A stretch of 46,375 nt of DNA. Source: Chiloscyllium plagiosum (Eukaryota). The stretch covers positions 9,868,062-9,914,436 of the forward strand of contig NC_057750.1 of NCBI RefSeq assembly GCF_004010195.1. The letters run 5' to 3'. A program made the translations under genes and the position numbers. The notes beneath the pieces were generated by a model, which was given only the letters and a program-made list of their open reading frames with translations, made no database searches and was not told where the DNA came from. This document shows positions 34,848-46,375 of this stretch, piece after piece (the stretch's first letter is position 1; each line of letters opens with the position of its first letter).

Positions 34848-35302
34848 CCTGTTATAAACATTTATTATGTGCCGAACCATAGATGCACTTGGTTTGGGGA
34901 TTGGTTAGCTCAGTTGGCTGGTCAGCTGATTCATGATGCAGAGTGATGCTAACAGTGTAGATTCTATTCCATTAGGCTGAGGTCACCATGATGGTTCATG
35001 CCTTCTCAAATCTGCCCCTCACCTGAGTCAAAGTGACCCTCAGGTTAAACTCAACCAACTGTTTCTAATCAAAAAACTGCCCTGTGGACCTATGGAACTA
35101 TGGTGGCTTTATCTTTGGATGCACTTGATATAACTGATTGTTTAATAATTTGCGCTTAACTCAGTGTGTGAACAATTGTCTCAATTCAAAAGATTAAATC
35201 ACTTTTGTGGAATACAGCCCACATTATAGGTCCAAATACAAAGTTTTTTTCTTTAAAAAGTTAACCATTGTGGATTCTCCCACCAAGTCACAACCAACTT
35301 AC

Positions 35303-35494
35303 CCACATACATTACGGTGCCTCGTTTGGATGGCTGCCCCGAAATTACAACCTCACATCTTGCACCAACTAGAATGGCATCAGCCAAAGCTTTTTCTTCT
35401 TGTACTCTCCGCTCAAGCTCAATTTTATCTTTTTCTTTCTGCTCCTCATTATACAAGCCCAATTTACTTTGCTTCAGGAACAAACGCATCGAAT
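35303..35494 (-). CDS. TBCB: TBCB coding exon 4 (coiled coil and start of CAP-Gly), 192 nt
   Basis: (D)SMRLFLKQSKLGLYNEEQKEKDKIELERRVQEEKALADAILVGARCEVVISGQPSKRGTVMYV(G). Acceptor ctattttAG, donor GTAAGT; phase 1/1. Confidence 0.96.
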
Positions 35495-37881
35495 CTAAAA
35501 TAGAAACCAGGTAGTTATTTGGTTACAAACTGCCAGAAGACTTTCAGATAAAACTACTCCATCAGGTTTGAGTGAGAGAAAGAGAGACAGACGGAGATAG
35601 ACGGATTAACAATTTCATACAGAAGTTAAACAATTGAAATCTTTTTGACTAGTGTCACAGACCAAACTTCACCCATCAGCTCTCAGCAAAACTAGCTTAG
35701 TACTTTCGCCACTATACACGTACTAACTCCTCCTCTCCAAAGCCGATAGATCGAAGTGCTCCTGTTTCAAACTAAAAATGCTTTATTTTTCCTTACGTAG
35801 GTGTAGACTTTATTTTGTGATTATGAACTGTTAATGTGGAAATTAGAAGCTGCATAAGTAACTACAGGGCAACCCTTGCATCCACAGGTCTGGTTACTGC
35901 GATTTACCATGCCCCGATCATATAAAAAGGGAACTATCCTGAACCAGGAAGCTGCCAGGAAGATACATTTCCCATTTAAATTTGTGTTTTTGGCCTTCCG
36001 CAGTAGGTCTTTGAACCTACCCCTGGTGGAGGGGTGGGTGGGGAGAAGGAGAACTACTGTATGAGGACAGAAAGCCAGACTGAAAATATGATGAGACTGC
36101 ATTTTGTCCACACCCCTATTTACTCATCAGCTGCTAAGAACGCTACTTATCAACATGATATGCTGCCATCTTGCCACTGTACTAACTTGGGCATGGCCAG
36201 TTAGCCAAGCTGGGGCCCATGCTCTTAATTCCATATTGGATTGCTACTGTCCAAGCTGGGAGGTTAGTATGATCTCCATGAGAATCCGTTTTCTCAAAGT
36301 TCTGCATTACAGAACAGAACAGTAAACATCAGAATGTTTGTACAGGAATTTTGGCAAAACTTTAGTAAGATATGCTATTAAAATGAATTATAAATTGAAA
36401 CAAAATAAAAGCTGAACTTCAAAAAACAGTTTAGCCTCAGTCAATTTGGTCCATCAGTGAAATACTTGCACTACCAGAGAGATCTTGAGGATACCCTGAA
36501 CAGACAATATTTCAGGTGCATATTCCAATCGCTTAAGGATTCACTGCTCCATGCTATCCAAGCTGTAATTTAAGATTATTTGTTCTAGAATAATTTGTCC
36601 AAGGTAACTGCCATGTACAGAAAGTGCAGTAAAAACATTAGGAAGAAACTGTAATTGTAACAAGGTTTTTTCCTTATTTATTCATCCATGGGATATGGAG
36701 TCCCTGGCTGGGCCAGCATTTGTTGCCCAACCTTAGTTGTCTGTGAAAAGGTGGTGGTGAGCAGTCTTCATGATTTACTGCAGTCCACTGCAGTCCACTC
36801 ACAATGCTGTTAGGAAGGGAATCTCAGAATCCATGATACTGAAGGATTGGTGATATATTTACAAGTCAGGGTGATGAGTATCTTCAGAAGGTACTTGCAG
36901 ATGCAGATATCTGCTGCCCTGGTCCTTCTAGATGTTAGTGATTCGAAAGGTGCTGTCTAAGTCCTAGTGAATTTCTGCGGTATATCTTCTACATGGATTA
37001 TGCTGCTGCTACAAAGCACTCATCATGGTGCAGGGTCAGAGTGTTTGTGAGTGAATGCCAATCAAGTCAGCTGTTTTTCCCAGAATGGTGGAAACTTCTG
37101 TGAAATATCCTATTCATACGTACACATACTGGATTAGGTCTTGGTTTAAACTCTCACAAGTAAGTTTTTTTTGCCATTTTTTAACTCCATGGCATGTGAA
37201 CTTGTGGCTAGAAATAATGACTAGTTAAAAGTTGCTTACACACAAGTTTCATGGTAGGATTTAACATGCAGGGTACATAGTTAAGTGACTGCTGTTTAAT
37301 TCTGCTGAAAATGCAGGCTGTCAGGTTTACGTCTGACAAAATCTTGTTGCAACTTTATGCTATAGTACAAGTCTGAGACAGCAATAAGGAGTTGGACAAT
37401 GGGACAAGATGGTGGGCTGATTTATGTTCAGTGTTTTGAAGGAGCTCACTCATACTTCATATTTCACTCATATACACAATAAGTACCTCTATGAAGACCT
37501 TGGGCTTTCATTTACGATTTGCAGATAGACAAGTTCAGAAGGATCAATGAAGGTCATATCTCTACCCAGAAGGCTAGTATAGTTTATTTCTCATTATGTC
37601 TATAGCTTAGAGACATCATGTGTGAAGGATGGGTGCAAAGGCATTTTAAAAAGTTACAAACCAGATTTGATGTTGCATTCAGCCCTACAACTTTCTTAAA
37701 ATACATCATTTCAGGTGTCTCATGCACATTTCCTAATTATAACCAGTTCTTTACCCAACTATTCCATTTTACAAAATCAGTTCTATGCATTATTAAATAC
37801 AGACTCTATCTTCCATTTAAGTACAAGTATGCAAGAATATCAAAATTAGCCAGTGCAGAGCATTGCTCAAAATCATCTTAC

Positions 37882-37978
37882 CTGCTCTTTTATCATATGC
37901 TTCATTGGACATTTCATACTTTATAACTTTAGACACATCTTCAAACTCTCCAATCTTCACTCCACTTTGGTCTATTAC
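37882..37978 (-). CDS. TBCB: TBCB coding exon 3, 97 nt
   Basis: Translates [32 protein letters not shown]+G (cf. human [32 protein letters not shown]). Acceptor ttgtttttgtAG, donor GTAAGA. Absent from the ORF track. Confidence 0.95.
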
Positions 37979-37999
37979 CTACAAAAACAAATATTTGAA

Positions 38000-38905
38000 A
38001 TTATAAGACCATAAGACATTGAAGCAGAAATTAGGCCATTGAGCTCACTGGGTCTGCTCCACCACCCAATCATGGCTGCTAAATTTCTCAACCCCATTCT
38101 CCCCAAAAGCCTGGATACTCAATAACCTATCTACCTCAGTCTTAAATCTACTCAAATGACCTGGCCTCCACAGCCTTCTGTGGCAATGATATCCATAGAT
38201 TCACCACTATCTGGCTGAAGAGGTTTCTCCTTATCTCCGTTCTAAAAGGTCTTCCCTTTACTCTCAGGCTGTGACCTCAGGTCCTGGGTCTCTCCTACCA
38301 ATGGAACATCTTCCCAACATCCACTCTGTCAGGCCAAACAGTATTCTGTATGCTTCAATTAGATTCCCCCCTCATCGTTCTTAACTCCAACAAACTTTCC
38401 ACAACATTAAGCTTTTCATTCCTGGGGCCGTTCTCGTGAACCTCCACTGAACGGCTCCAGGGCCAATACATCCTTCTTGAGATATGGGACCCAAAACTGC
38501 ACACAATACAGTAGACACCCACCCCCCGGGCGTAGCTATGGGGGAAAAGCTCCAGGACCTACAGCGGAAGCCCAAAATCACGGACTGTAGCAAACCCATT
38601 CATTTAAATGGGAAGTGTACCTTACCTGCAGCCTCCTAGTCCCTGGTTCCAGAAGTTCCCTTTTATATGTTCCAGCTGCGGTAAACCACGGGCAAGTGAA
38701 ACCGCAGAAAATGGTTCTGCAGATATGGGGGTCGCCCTCTACTCCAAATGTGGTCTGTCCAGAGTCAGGGCAACTGATGTACATCCCGACTTTTACATTC
38801 AAATCCTCAAAATAAACATAATCATTGCATTTGCCTTCCTAACTACTGACCCAACCTGCAAGTTTACCTTAATAGCATCCTGGACTAGAACTTCCAAGCC
38901 TCTTT
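38000..38905 (-). mobile_element. CR1 LINE 3' fragment interrupted by a Tigger-like MITE
   Basis: Tail (ATAAGACCATAAGAC on +) near 38003; LEVLVQDAIKVNLQVGSVVRKANAM CR1 ORF2 remnant. Confidence 0.8.
38509..38739. mobile_element. Tc1/mariner (Tigger/MER2-like) non-autonomous DNA transposon with TA TSD
   Basis: Removing it restores CR1 CACAATA|CTCCAAATGTGGTCT. TA at 38507-38508 and 38740-38741. Starts CAGTAG; internal GGGGGAAAAGCTCCAGGACC...CCAAAATCACGGA and end GCAGATATGGGGGTCGCCCTC resemble MER2-type ends. Confidence 0.7.
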
Positions 38906-39549
38906 GAAACCCAACAAGATGGTAATAATTGTCTGCACAATCTCCGCACAGTAAAGATAGACTGATGGTCTGCCCAATGCCAAAACTAAATCCCATCAAG
39001 CACACTATTTCTACTCTATACTGAAATATTCCTATCTTAAGATTTCTATCTGAACCAAGAGCTTGTCCATACACCCATATGGTATTCTGATATTTTGGCA
39101 TTTTAGCAAAGCTTTTTAAATTAAAAAATAATAAATTAATAATGAATATTTAAATTAAATTCCCGCCCATCAGCTCAGTAGTGGTGAGGTGAAGTGAATT
39201 CACCCCATTATAGGAATTCCACACCACCCAAAACATTTGTGGTTAACACTTCCAAACATGTTCATCTGCTAATTCTTTCAAATTCCAAGAAATAAAATTT
39301 CTTGTAATGAAAACTAACAAAGAGTGCTCTACATTTTCCCAATTAACAATCACAAACTGAAATAGCATGAATGTGCCCTTCAGCAACATTACAAAGAAAA
39401 TTAGTCTGTAAATCTCCAAAGAGGAATTTAGAGCAACAAGTTGGTAATATACACAGGTTACTAACTTATTCATTAACTTTATTTTGCATTATCATTTTTT
39501 TTACCCAAACATCTGGCAAAAAGTATTAGGAAAATAACATGTTTGAAAT

Positions 39550-41665
39550 AAGTGACTAGGTGTACAAATGAGGATAGTGCAGTTGATTTAATCTACATGG
39601 ATTTCAGGAAGGCTTCTATCAAGATCTCTCTTGGAAGACTGGTTAGAAGCAAAAATCTACTGGATCTAGGCAAATTTGAAAATTGGATCCAAAATTGCCG
39701 TAGTGGCAGGAAGCAGAGAATGATTCAGAGAGTGTTTTTGTGACTGGTTGTCTGTGTTCAGGATTCAGTATCAGGTCTCTTGCAATGTGTAGTATAGATC
39801 AATAAATTTGCAGATGATATGGAAATTGGTGTTGTAGTAAAAAACAAAGGAGGTACGCTTTGCTCCAGGATACGAGATAGGCAAATGGAAATTAATCCTG
39901 AAAAGTGAGAGGTGATGCCTTTTGGGAGGATGAACGAGATCAGACACATTGAATGGTAGGACCCTAGGATGCACACCTTAGTGTGCATGCCCATAGATTC
40001 TTGAAGCAGGTAGATAAGGTGTTTAAGGATTGATATGATGTTCTCGCCTTTATTAGTCAAATTACCAAATACTAGAGCAGGGTTTAATATGTGAGCTGTA
40101 TATAACATTAGCACAACTACAGCTTGTCTACTTTAGTGCAGTTCCAGTCACTACGTTACATCCTATGTGCAATCACATCCTTCCTTGTAGACAAAAATCA
40201 CCAGGATGTTGCCTGGGCTAAAGAAATTCAGTTATGAAGGAAGACTAGATGAGTTGGAGTTGTTTTCCTTAGAGCAGAGGATACTTTTTTGGGGATGTAG
40301 GGGGTATCCTGTTTGAGTCATACAGCACAGAAACAAAGCCTTCGGTCCAACTAGTTCATGCAATCATAGTCCCAAATTAAACTAGTCCCACCTGCCTGCA
40401 CTTAGACCATATCACGCTCAAATATTTCTTATTCAATGTATTTATCCAAAGGTCTTAAATGTTGTAACTATATTCACACCCACCACTTCCTCTGGACGTT
40501 CATTCCACACACGAACCACTCGTAAAAAAAAAGTTGCCTCTCATGTTCTTTTAAAAAACTTTCTCTGCTAACCCTAAAAATACACTGCCTGTCTTGAAAT
40601 CCCCCACCCTAGGGAAAATACCTTGCTATTCCCCATATCAAACCAATCAGTCATAATTTTATAAACCACTATAAAAGATTACCCCTCAACCCCCTATGTT
40701 CCAGTGAAACATCCTGCCTATCATTACTAAGTCAAATGCTGCATTCCTAACAACATCCTCAAATCTTTTCTGAACCCAGTACAGCTTAATAATATTCTTC
40801 CAATAGCAGTTCTTCCAGAACTGGACACTACTCCAGAAGAGGCTTCACCAACGTACTGTACAACCCTGTGACTGGTTGCCTGTGTTCAGGATTTAGTATT
40901 GCTATTTGTAGTATAGATCAATAAGTTTACAGATGATATGAAAATTGGTATTATAGTAAATAACAAAGGAGGTAGGCCTTGCTCCAAGATATTAGTCAGA
41001 TATGCAAATGGAATTTAATCCTGAAAAGTGAAAGGTTGCAACTTCTATACTCAAAAGGTCTAAGCAATGATTCAAGAACACCTAAACATCTTCTTGATCA
41101 CCCTGATTACATGTGATGCAAACTTCAAAGAATTATATACCTGAACCCCTAGATCTCTGTTCCACAACAATACCTAATACCTTTTAAATTGTGCAAATCA
41201 TGTTCGTTTGTTTTATCAAAATGTAATACCTTGCACTTGTCCAAATTAAACTCCATCTGCCACTCCTCAGCCCATTGATCCAATTGATCAAAATCTCTTT
41301 GTAATCTTAGATAATCTTCTTCACTTCCACTATACCACTAATTGTGGCTTCATAAGTGTACAAAGATTTGAGAGGCATAGATAGGGTAATAAGGGGAAAC
41401 ATCTCCCCTTAACTGAGAAAGAAATAATGAGGGGCACAATTTTAATGGGAAGGAGCAGGAAGTTTAGAGGGGATTCGAGGAAAACTTTTTTTTTGTGGAG
41501 GGGGTGGTGGGTATCTGGAACTCACCGTCTAAAAGGTTGGTAGAGGCGAGAACCCTGAAGACATTTTAAGAGTACTTGAAAGACGACGGGCCAAGTGCTG
41601 AAAAATGGGATTTGAACAGATAGATGCTTGATGACGGCCTCAGAAACAATGGACCTTTCTTTTGC
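39550..41665. mobile_element. Nested CR1s: older + copy (~39550-40305, resuming ~41355-41665) interrupted by a - copy (~40312-41350)
   Basis: AVDLIYMDFRKA RT remnant; reverse tail GAGTCATACAGCACAGAAACA near 40316; the + copy resumes GTGTACAAAGATTTGAGAGGCATAGATAGGG. Confidence 0.75.
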
Positions 41666-41981
41666 TCTAATAACATTGACTGATTGTCATAGCTAACTTA
41701 TTATCACATCTATCCAGAAAGATAGAGTGAAAAATATAGTTTTGCATGCTACTCATGCAAATCATAACATAAGTACACCAGGGTAACAGAAAAGGCAGCA
41801 GAATATATTGTTATAGCTACAGAGAAAGATCAACTTTAGTAGGAGGGGTCCATTCAAATGTCACATAACAGCTTCTTGCTGGCTGTTCTTGAATCTATTG
41901 GCACATATTTTCAAACTTTTCTATCTTCTGCCTGGTGGGGGTGGGAGGGAGAATGTAACAAGGGTAGGAGGGTCTTTAATT

Positions 41982-42847
41982 GCTGTGGTTCTGTTCGCCG
42001 AGCTGGAAGTTTTTGTTGCAAACGTTTTGTCCCCTGTCTAGGTGACATCCTCAGTGCTTGGGAGCCTCCTGTGAAGCGCTTCTGTGGTGTTTCCTTCGGC
42101 ATTTATAGTGGCCTGTCCCTGCCGCTTCCAGTTGTCAGTTTCAGCTGTCCGCTGTAGTGGCCGGTATATTGGGTCCAGGTCGATGTGTTTGTTGATGGAG
42201 TTTGTGGATGAGTGCTATGCTTCTAGGAATTCCCTGACTGTTCTTTGTTTCGCTTGCCCTATAATGGTAGTGTTGTCCCAGTCAAATTCATGTTGCTTGT
42301 CGTCTGCGTGTGTGGCTACTAGGTATGGCTGGTCGTATCGTTTCGTGGCTAGTTGATGTTCGTGGATGCGGATCGTTAGCTGTCTTCCTGTTTGTCCTAT
42401 ATAGTGTACGATATAGTGCCCTATATCGGGTCCTTCGTTCTGGTGAGTTGTTGTCGGAGTGTGGCTGTTGGTTTGTGTGCTCTTTATAAGTCCTAGTGGT
42501 CGCAGTAGTCTGGCTGTCATTTCAGAGATGTTCTTGATGTATGGTAGTGTGGCTAGTCCTTTGGGTTGCGGCATGTCCTCGTCCCGTTGTCTTTCCCTTA
42601 GGCATCTGTTGATGAAATTGCGAGGATATCCGTTTTTGGCGAATACCTTGTATAGGTGTTCCTCTTCCTCTTTTTGCAGTTCTGGTGTGCTGCAGTGTGT
42701 TGTGGCCCTTTTGAATAGTGTCTTGATGCAACTTCGTTTGTGTGTATTGGGGTGGTTGCTTTCATGGTTCAGGACTTGGTCTGTGTGTGTGGCTTTCCTG
42801 TGTACCTTAGTGGTGAATTCTCCGAGCAACTAATCTTCTCAAACTTT
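41982..42847 (-). mobile_element. Penelope-like element (Poseidon-like), RT C-terminal plus GIY-YIG remnant; 12-bp TSD
   Basis: ORF 42215-42829: TKVHRKATHTDQVLNHESNHPNTHKRSCIKTLFKRA...KNGYP...LPYIKNISE...YIGQTGRQLTIRIHEH...REFLEA. GGGTCTTTAATT at 41970-41981 and 42848-42859. Confidence 0.92.
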
Positions 42848-43740
42848 GGGTCTTTAATTATGTTGGCTGCTTTCCTGAGGCGGTGTGAAGTACAGACTGA
42901 GTCAATGGATGGAAGGCTGGTTTGCATGATGGACTCGGCTGCATTCATAACTGATTGTGTGTTGTCTTGGCAGAGTAGTTGCGCACCAAACTGATGCAAG
43001 CAAATAGGATGCTTTCTATGGTGCATATATAAAAATTGGAAAGAATAACTGTGGACATAACTAATTTCCTTAGCTTTTTAAGGAAGTAGAGACATTGGTG
43101 TGCTTTCTTAATGTTAGTGTCAATGTAGGTGGACCAGGACAGATTGTTAGTGGACTTTACTTCTAGGAACTTGAAGCTCTTGACCATACCTACCGCAGCA
43201 GCATTGATACAGAAAAAGGCATGACCTCTACTTCACTTCTTGAAGTTGATGACCAGCTCCTTCTTTTTGCTGACATTGAGGGAAGAGATTGTTATCTTTA
43301 CAGCATGCCACTAAGTTCACTCCTTCCTGCACAATGTCTCATTATTGTTTAAGATCCGATCCACTATAGCGATGTCATCCGTAAACTTGTAAATGGAGTT
43401 AGAACAGTATTTGGTCATCCAGTCATGAGTATAGAAGGAGATTAGTAAAGGGCTACATATGCAACCTTGCAGGGCACTGGTGTTTGAGGATTACTGTGGA
43501 GGTGTTGGCATCTATCCTTACTGATTACACAGTCTGTGGGTCAAGAAGTTGAGGATCCAGTTGTGGGGGGGAGCGGAGGCCTAGGTCTCAGAATTTGGGG
43601 ATATATTTGATTAGAATTATGGTTTGAAAGGCAGAGCTGAAGAGAATATGTAGGTGCCCATATGTTTCAGGGATGAGTTTAGGGCCAGAGTGATGGCGTC
43701 TGCCATTGATCTGTTGTGATGGTAGGTGAATTTATGTTAA
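42848..43740 (-). mobile_element. Rex1/Babar-like LINE remnant (continues at ~41700-41981 past the Penelope insertion)
   Basis: VKSFKFLEVKSTNNLSWSTYIDTNIKKAHQCLYFLKKLRKL...LSNFYICTIESIL is typical Rex1/Babar post-RT sequence. Confidence 0.85.
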
Positions 43741-44034
43741 AAAAAATGACGAGCACAAGAGCAAGAGTGACCAAAAAGGGGCCCAGCCCATGCAGTTAAT
43801 AGGACAGAATTTTAACTTGAACATTGATTGAAAAAGAGAACAGCAGCGCTAGTGAGAAGGAATATATTTACAGAATACGCAATCGCTTTTCAAATTTCAA
43901 GAGAATTTCTTCGACTGAACACACTGGGGAAGTGATTCCAAAATGCTTCTTTCTTCTGAAGTGCTGCAAATGTCTGATAGCAAGTTGAAATCTTGGCTTC
44001 TCACCAAAAGAGCAATGTGATGCTTTTGTTAGGG

Positions 44035-44865
44035 ATTATAAGCGCCAGAGACACTGCTGACTATGTGGGGTTTACAGCTTCTCCCCATGTCTAAATGGTT
44101 TCCACTGGATGCTCCGATTTCTTCCCACATTCCAAAGATGTGCAAGTTAGGTGGATTGGCCTTGCTAAATTGCCCTGTAGTGTTCAAGGGTGTGCAGGCT
44201 AGGTGGATTAGCCACAGTAAACATCGTGTTATGAGGATTGGAGTGGAATGCTGTTGGAGGGTTGGGGCTAACCCGATGGACTGACTGGCCTTTTTCTGTA
44301 CTGTAGGGATTTTATGATTCTAAGTAATTTAATATTGTGTGCAATTCTGGTCTCTCTCCTATCAGAAGGATGCTGTGAAACTTGAAAGGGTTCAGAAAAG
44401 ATTTAAGGATGTTACCAGGGTTGAAGGGTGAGCTATAGGGAGAGGCTGAATAGGCTGGGTAATTTTCCCTGGAGCATTTGAGGTTGATAGGTGACCTCAA
44501 AGGTTTATTAAAATCGTGGGGAGCATGGATAGGGTAAATAGACAAGGTCTTTTGCCTGGGGTGGTGGAGTCCAGAACTAGAGGACATAGGTTTAGGGTGA
44601 GAGGGGAAAAAAGTTAAAAGGGTCCTAAGGGACAACATTTCACACAGAGGGTGGTGCATGTATGAAATGAACTTCCAGAGGAAGTGGTGAGGCTGGTACA
44701 ATTACAACATTTAAATGGCATCTGGATGGGTATATGAAGAATAAGGGCAGGGAGACATGGGCTAAATGCTGGTAAATGGGACTAGATTAGTTTAGGATAT
44801 CTGGTCAGCATGGATGAGTTGGCCCAAAGAGTCTGTTTCCATGCTGCACATCTCTATGGCTCTAA
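44035..44865 (+). mobile_element. Diverged V-SINE (~44035-44320) followed by a CR1 3' end (~44330-44865)
   Basis: V-domain-like text (GCTCCGATTTCTTCCCACATTCCAAAGATGTGCAAGTTAGGTGGATTGGC), then CR1 AGAACTAGAGGACATAGG...TCTGTTTCCATGCTGCACATCTCTATGGCTCTA. Confidence 0.8.
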
Positions 44866-45520
44866 TATCTTGAAAGGACTTGACAGGGTGGATGTTGAAA
44901 AGATGTTTCCACTTGTCAGAATCTAGAATCAGGTCAGGCAGTTTAAAATTAGAGGCTTTCCATTTAGGATAGAGATGAGAAGAATTTCTCTCTCTGGGGG
45001 AATGAGTGTTTATGGAATTCTCTACACCACAGAGCATGGACAGCTGTGTCATCAAATATTTAAAAGCAGAAGTAGATAGATTCTTGACCAATAAGCATGT
45101 CAAACGTTATCAGAGGTTGGCAAGAATCAGCTCAGCCAAGATCTTTTTACAGTGGAGGTGGTGGCTTTAGGGACAAAATGGCCCACTAATTTGTATATTC
45201 CTGACAAGCATCAAATAGAGCCATGGATATAAACACAAATTTGTCAAGCAAGCTTAGTTCCATAGCATTGGCTTCATACTTAGTACAACACCAGCCTTGT
45301 TAAATTCAAGCACTAAAAATCAGAAAAAGCAACAATAAGAGCAGAGTGATAATAGAGGCAACAAGAACCGCAGACAGCACTTGATTATATCAAGGGAATT
45401 ACCAAGAAAGGCATATTGAAAAGAAAGTGGAAGATCAAAAAGGAGAACTTTTGAAATTTACAATATTTTTCCTGAAGCTTTTAACAAAATGGTATAATTG
45501 AAAGCAATTGTGATACTCAC

Positions 45521-45664
45521 ATGTATTCGGCAGCGGTCGTCAACAGGATAGGAACCAAGGAGTGCATCATCTTGATCTAATGAACCAATGAATTTGTCTT
45601 CTGCACTGAATAACTGCAGTTCCATGCAGGAGGCTGGAGAGCCCACAATCAGTTCCAGTTTGCA
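45521..45664 (-). CDS. TBCB: TBCB coding exon 2 (ubiquitin-like domain), 144 nt
   Basis: Translates [48 protein letters not shown], matching vertebrate TBCB ([19 protein letters not shown]...[14 protein letters not shown]). Acceptor ttaatAG, donor GTGAGT; phase 0/0. Confidence 0.97.
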
Positions 45665-46164
45665 CTATTAAACAAGTGAACACCAAGGTTTTAAACACAG
45701 CTTAATCACAACGTATCTAGTCTGAACATCAGGTTTGAAAAGTTTAATTGCATTTCAAAATCTGTTACATGGTGAAACAAGAAAGAATTAAAAGGGACCT
45801 GAGATGCAACTTTTTCCACACAGAAGGTGGCTTGCATATGGAATGAACTGCCAGAAGAAGTGGTCAATTCTGGTTGTAGTTACAACATTTAAAAGACATT
45901 TGGAAAGTACAGGTAGATAAAAATAAGAGGGATTCTGGGCAAATAGGACTAGTTTCATTTGAGAAACCTGGCTGGCATAGACAAATTGGACTGAAGAGTC
46001 GGTTTCCATCTTGTAAAATTCTCTGATGCTATAAAAGACCAGATAGCATTCTTTCAAGTCACCATAGTCCCAGGAGAACATAGGGCAATTCTCTCAGTGG
46101 CAAAAGATAAGCCGGGGGGGGGAATGCGGCAGCGGAAAGAGGAGTGAACCTTCGGCTAATCATG

Positions 46165-46375
46165 TCTCAGCTGAAAATGTGTTGCTTGAAAAGCGCAGCA
46201 GGTCAGGCAGCATCCAGGGAACAGGAGAATCGACGTTTCGGGCATAAGCCCTTCTTCAGGAATGAGGAAAGTTTGTCCAGCAGGCTAAGATAAAAGGTAG
46301 GGAGGAGGGACTTGGGGGAGGGGCGTCAGAAATGTGATAGGTGGAAAGAGGTCAAGGTGAGGGTGATAGGCCAGA
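46165..46375 (-). mobile_element. Neptune-like Penelope 3' terminus with intact hammerhead core, in TBCB intron 1 (runs off window)
   Basis: Reverse complement of the 18130-18335 region; CTGAAGA-A-GGGC-TTAT-GCCC-GAAAC-GTC at 46259-46232. Confidence 0.88.

Noticed and set aside
42215..42829. 204-aa ORF as an active or domesticated endonuclease
   Set aside because: 5'-truncated Penelope remnant with an internal frameshift/deletion (out-of-frame segment KSTQTNSHTPTTTHQNEGPD) and a premature stop after FLEA.

Overview
Eukaryotic (vertebrate) genomic DNA, not prokaryotic. The repeat content (HE1/V-SINE tRNA-derived SINEs, CR1/HER1-type LINEs, a DeuSINE-like relic, Rex1/Babar, Penelope-like elements) points to a cartilaginous fish, most likely a shark. 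Three genes lie on the minus strand. (1) TBCB (tubulin-folding cofactor B) coding exons 2-6 at 45664-45521, 37978-37882, 35494-35303, 33380-33308 and 33112-32995; all junctions are GT-AG and in phase, and exon 1 lies beyond the right end of the window. (2) SDHAF1 (LYR-motif complex II assembly factor), a single coding exon at 23610-23353, preceded by a 5'UTR splice acceptor and a 3-codon uORF. (3) A CpG island at about 15.9-16.6 kb holding the probable first coding exon (MAARGSEVALRPATANGE) of a gene I cannot identify; I found no convincing downstream exons in 1-15.8 kb. The rest is nested, decayed retroelements, two minisatellites and a 463-N assembly gap. The most interesting non-genic signal is a set of Penelope-like insertions with 10-17 bp target-site duplications carrying minimal hammerhead-ribozyme cores (CUGANGA...GAAAC-GUH), two of them in the sense orientation of TBCB introns. 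A GC-rich 43-bp minisatellite ends at an ETS motif plus splice donors and may be the SDHAF1 promoter/exon 1. I see no evidence for a wholly new protein-coding system. Repeat boundaries are approximate unless a TSD is quoted.
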